A stretch of 64,000 nt of DNA, from contig CBDCMT010000001.1 in assembly GCA_965219095.1 (NCBI GenBank), positions 1,632,001 through 1,696,000 of the forward strand, read 5' to 3'. Of the stretch, positions 61,208 to 64,000 are shown in pieces; within the stretch, counting starts at the first letter, position 1; each line of letters opens with the position of its first letter. The stretch is from Bdellovibrionales bacterium. Its GTDB lineage: Bacteria; Bdellovibrionota; Bdellovibrionia; Bdellovibrionales; UBA1609. Below the pieces are notes generated by a model. It was not told where the DNA came from. It was given only the letters and a program-made list of their open reading frames with translations, and made no database searches. The translations under genes and the position numbers were made by a program.

Positions 61208-61745
61208 TAACTCATGCTTTGTGTGTGGCTCACCTTTTGAGAGAGCTTAAATTTATAGAAGAAAGCAATGGATTCAAATGGGCTACAAATCTCAAAAAAC
61301 TTCTTAAAGAGACTGTGGAGTTAGTTCATAAAAAAGAGTCAAGAGTTCTGACTCAAAAAGAGTACGAAACTCTTCAGAGAAGGTATAGGAGTATTCTTAC
61401 AAAAGGCTTAAAAGAGCTTCCAGAATTTCCTAAGAAAAATGGCAAGAAAGGACGAATAAAGCATACACAAGCTCAAAACCTTTGGCTGCGATTTAAAAAG
61501 TATGAAGCAGAAATACTGTGTTTTGCTAAAAGAAAGAACGTAGATCCTACTAATAACAGAGCTGAAAGAGATCTAAGAATGACTAAAGTGAAAAAGAAAG
61601 TGTCAGGGTGTTTCAGAACAGAAGAAATGGCGAAATATTTTTGTCGCATTACCAGCTATGTTAAAACAATGAGAAATAGAGGGTATTCTTCTTTAGAAGC
61701 CATCTCTATGGCTTTAAATAAAAACTTACGAGAGTGAGCAGTTAC

Positions 61746-62606
61746 GTTTTCTTGAATATTTTTAGATATCTCATCTAAGTGAATTTGCATCATCCCTGAA
61801 TTACATTCCGGTAAAATCCAAGCACAGCCTTTATCTCTATCCGGACAAACTGCTCCAAAAATATAAGTGGATAAAAATTGTCTTTGTCTCACCATTCTAG
61901 GCCGTGTGCCTTTTCTTGCCCAAATCCTGCTTAAAGAACCTTGTTGAGCTTATTCTGCATTCATCCTGCCACCAAATCTCTATTTTATGAGTCTGAATCT
62001 TTTCTTTTATTTTCTCTACCTCTTCTGGAAAATGTTCCTTAAACTGTTCCATAGCTTCTTAATGAACTTTTAGGATGAAAAGAACGACCACTGATCCATA
62101 CAATATTAAGGCGGTCTAAAGAAACATAAACCCTAAAAGAGAATAGCAACTATCACAATTCATCTGCTAAAAGTTCCTGTATTCCCTTTGCTCCTATGCT
62201 TCCTCCTTCTCTTTTGTCTTGAATTTCATCTAACTTGATTTTAAAGTTCTCCTCTTCTGTCACTGGCAAACGAGGCTTGCGTCCTCTGCCTTCTCGATCT
62301 ATCAATCCCTCGTAATCAAAGTCTACAAAAAAAGACTGTAACCAGGATTTGATACTGTGACGATGATAGAAAACTATACCTAGCTGTTTCTTGAATCGAT
62401 TTTCCTTCTTGCATATAGTGCAAAGCTTGGAGTTTTATCTTGATGTTGGCACTTCTTTCTACTTTGTAAGTAGCTAGAAAATTATACCCTTGAATCTGTG
62501 TAACTAAATCTTTTTTCGACATGACTCTAAAAATTTAACAGAGTTTTATCAAAAAGCCAGGACGCAATGCGTTAAAAAAATGTCGAATTAATTTTTGGAA
62601 ATGGTA
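61746..62606 (-). mobile_element. IS630 type A variant, 3'-truncated by IS66
   Basis: Left TIR ends at 62606; diverged, frameshifted transposase. Confidence 0.85.
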
Positions 62607-62809
62607 TAAGCAGAAGAAAAACCTCCTTTATTTTTGGGAACCAGTTCTGGATGCTGCTGTATGAGAGGGGTTAAAAAATCATCGACAAGAACATAAATTG
62701 ATATGATATAATTAGAATTAAACATCTTAGACCTCCTTGTATGTTTTTTTATAACTCTCAAGGTGTTTTTTCTTGTAAGTTGTTTTTTCAAGAAAACCTT
62801 ACAAAAATC
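62607..62809 (-). mobile_element. IS982 5' fragment
   Basis: MFNSNYIISIYVLVDDFL matches the IS982 start at 36944; bounded by IS630 and ISL3. Confidence 0.8.
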
Positions 62810-64000
62810 GGCTCCTCCCGGGAATCTGTGGGTGAAAAGTAGTAGAAATCCCCCAAAAAGGCTCATATTAATCAAAGTAAGAGTAAGACATCCTATCTTG
62901 TATTTTTGAGTTCTTTGAGGCCTTTACTGGCCTCTATCACCTCCGGTGATTGAACTCAAAAACATTCTTTTATTTGCTGTATTACATTAAAATTTTAAAA
63001 AAGAAGCACCTACTTCCCAGATGCCTTAAAATGTTATTCAAAAAAAAAAAAAGGAGGGAAGAGATGCTTTTGAAGACTATACTAAATGATTGTTTAAAAT
63101 GGAAGTCTTTTGTATACGGAGACATTTATTTTTCAAAAGATAGAAAGTCAATTAATGTTCCTATTAAGGCTCGTAAAAATGGCCAAGCTTTTTGTAGTGT
63201 TTGTAAGAAGCCCTGTTCAGTGTATGACAGCAGTAAATCATCACGGGACTTTGAATCCCTTCCTATTTTAAGTTACAGGGTGTTTTTTGTTTATTTTGTA
63301 AGAAGAGTTAATTGTCCTTGCTGTGGAGTAAAAGTTGAGTATTTACCTTGGGCAGATGGGAAGAAAAACCTAACAATTTTTTACATGAAGTACTTAGCTG
63401 ACTGGTGTCGTCACCTGTCTTGGAAAGAGGTTTCTTGTAAGTTTCATGTCAGTTGGAATCAGGTCTATGCTTCGGTAGAATGGGTCGTAGAATATGGTTT
63501 AAAACAAAGGGTTTTAAAGGGAATACAAGCTATAGGTGTAGATGAAATACAATGGAAAAAGAACCATCAGTATCTCACCTTAGTCTATGAAATAAGCAAA
63601 GAAAGTGTTCGTTTGCTATGGATAGGAGAAAAAAGAACAGAAAAGAGTTTTAGAAAATTCTTTGATTTACTAGGAGAGAAGTCAAAAGATATACGGTTTG
63701 TGTGTTCTGATATGTGGAAGCCTTATTTAAAAGTCATAAAGGAGAGGGCAAGTGGAGCTTTACACATATTAGATCGGTTTCATATCGTAGCAAGACTCAA
63801 TAAGGCTTTAGACGAAGTGAGAGCTTCAGAACACAAAAAAATGAAAGAAGACGGGTATGAACCCCTTTTAACAAAAGCTAGATGGCCCTTGTTAAAAAAT
63901 GCAGAAAATTTAAAATCTTATGAAAAAGTAAAATTAAGGCATTTAATACAGTACAATTTAAAAAGTATCCGCTGTTATTTTTTAAAAGAAGACTTCCGAC
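62810..64000 (+). mobile_element. ISL3 family element running off the window
   Basis: Left end ggctcctcccgggaatctgtgggt; about 250 bp non-coding leader, then transposase. Confidence 0.85.
63064..64000 (+). CDS. ISL3 transposase (partial, no stop in window)
   Basis: MLLKTILN..CSVC..CPCCGVKVEYLPWA, GVDEI, CSDMWKPY, LDRFHIV; absent from the ORF track because it is open-ended. Confidence 0.88.
   Translation, partial: MLLKTILNDCLKWKSFVYGDIYFSKDRKSINVPIKARKNGQAFCSVCKKPCSVYDSSKSSRDFESLPILSYRVFFVYFVRRVNCPCCGVKVEYLPWADGKKNLTIFYMKYLADWCRHLSWKEVSCKFHVSWNQVYASVEWVVEYGLKQRVLKGIQAIGVDEIQWKKNHQYLTLVYEISKESVRLLWIGEKRTEKSFRKFFDLLGEKSKDIRFVCSDMWKPYLKVIKERASGALHILDRFHIVARLNKALDEVRASEHKKMKEDGYEPLLTKARWPLLKNAENLKSYEKVKLRHLIQYNLKSIRCYFLKEDFR

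Larger units (their letters stand above)
57529..61745 (+). mobile_element. IS66 type A split by tandem IS630 copies
   Basis: Both TIRs present; sequence matches 37902-39435 on either side of 58528-61207. Confidence 0.9.

Noticed and set aside
62588..62875. 95-aa ORF (also 61656-61895, 47681-47926, 39478-39681) as novel genes
   Set aside because: Chimeric frames crossing IS or repeat junctions
1..64000. tRNA, rRNA, riboswitch, retron or TnpB/IscB genes
   Set aside because: No cloverleaf, rRNA-like stretch, reverse-transcriptase or TnpB-type ORF recognised by eye; an Infernal/tRNAscan run would be needed to exclude small RNAs

Overview
AT-rich bacterial chromosome segment. Gene content points to a Bdellovibrionota (Bdellovibrionales-like) organism: a DgcB-like FHA-GGDEF cyclase, a prkA-yeaH-spoVR cluster, putA and sigma28-type promoters. 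This assignment is an inference, not a database result. Intact housekeeping blocks (TPR/LolB-like, prkA-yeaH-spoVR, ferritin-like, ppdK, pyrC, rsmB-like, nusB, PPDK regulator, GT4, mutT, pyrD, gdh, rlmN, pfkB, matrixin, putA, rhomboid, RDD) alternate with four dense nests of mostly broken insertion sequences. These total about 19 kb and include IS5, IS110, two IS66 types, three IS630 types, IS982, ISL3, an IS1634-like element and a probable IS256 end. The best candidate for an undescribed system is at 8.7-13.9 kb. It encodes a signal-peptide-bearing fatty-acid alpha-dioxygenase-type heme enzyme with all catalytic motifs intact, overlapping a secreted two-domain protein (uncharacterised peroxidase-associated domain plus catalase-like domain), followed by an esterase. 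Together these form a putative exported oxylipin/fatty-aldehyde pathway. Other notable items are a DUF6036-type nucleotidyltransferase-HTH pair with an operator-like palindrome (candidate toxin-antitoxin/defence module), an IS630 that duplicates 3-bp TAA/TTA rather than TA, 48-bp ISL3-derived miniature elements flanking a small secreted-protein gene, a decayed IS110 with a structured leader, and several sigma28 promoters, two with almost no 5' leader. No rRNA, tRNA or CRISPR array was recognised.
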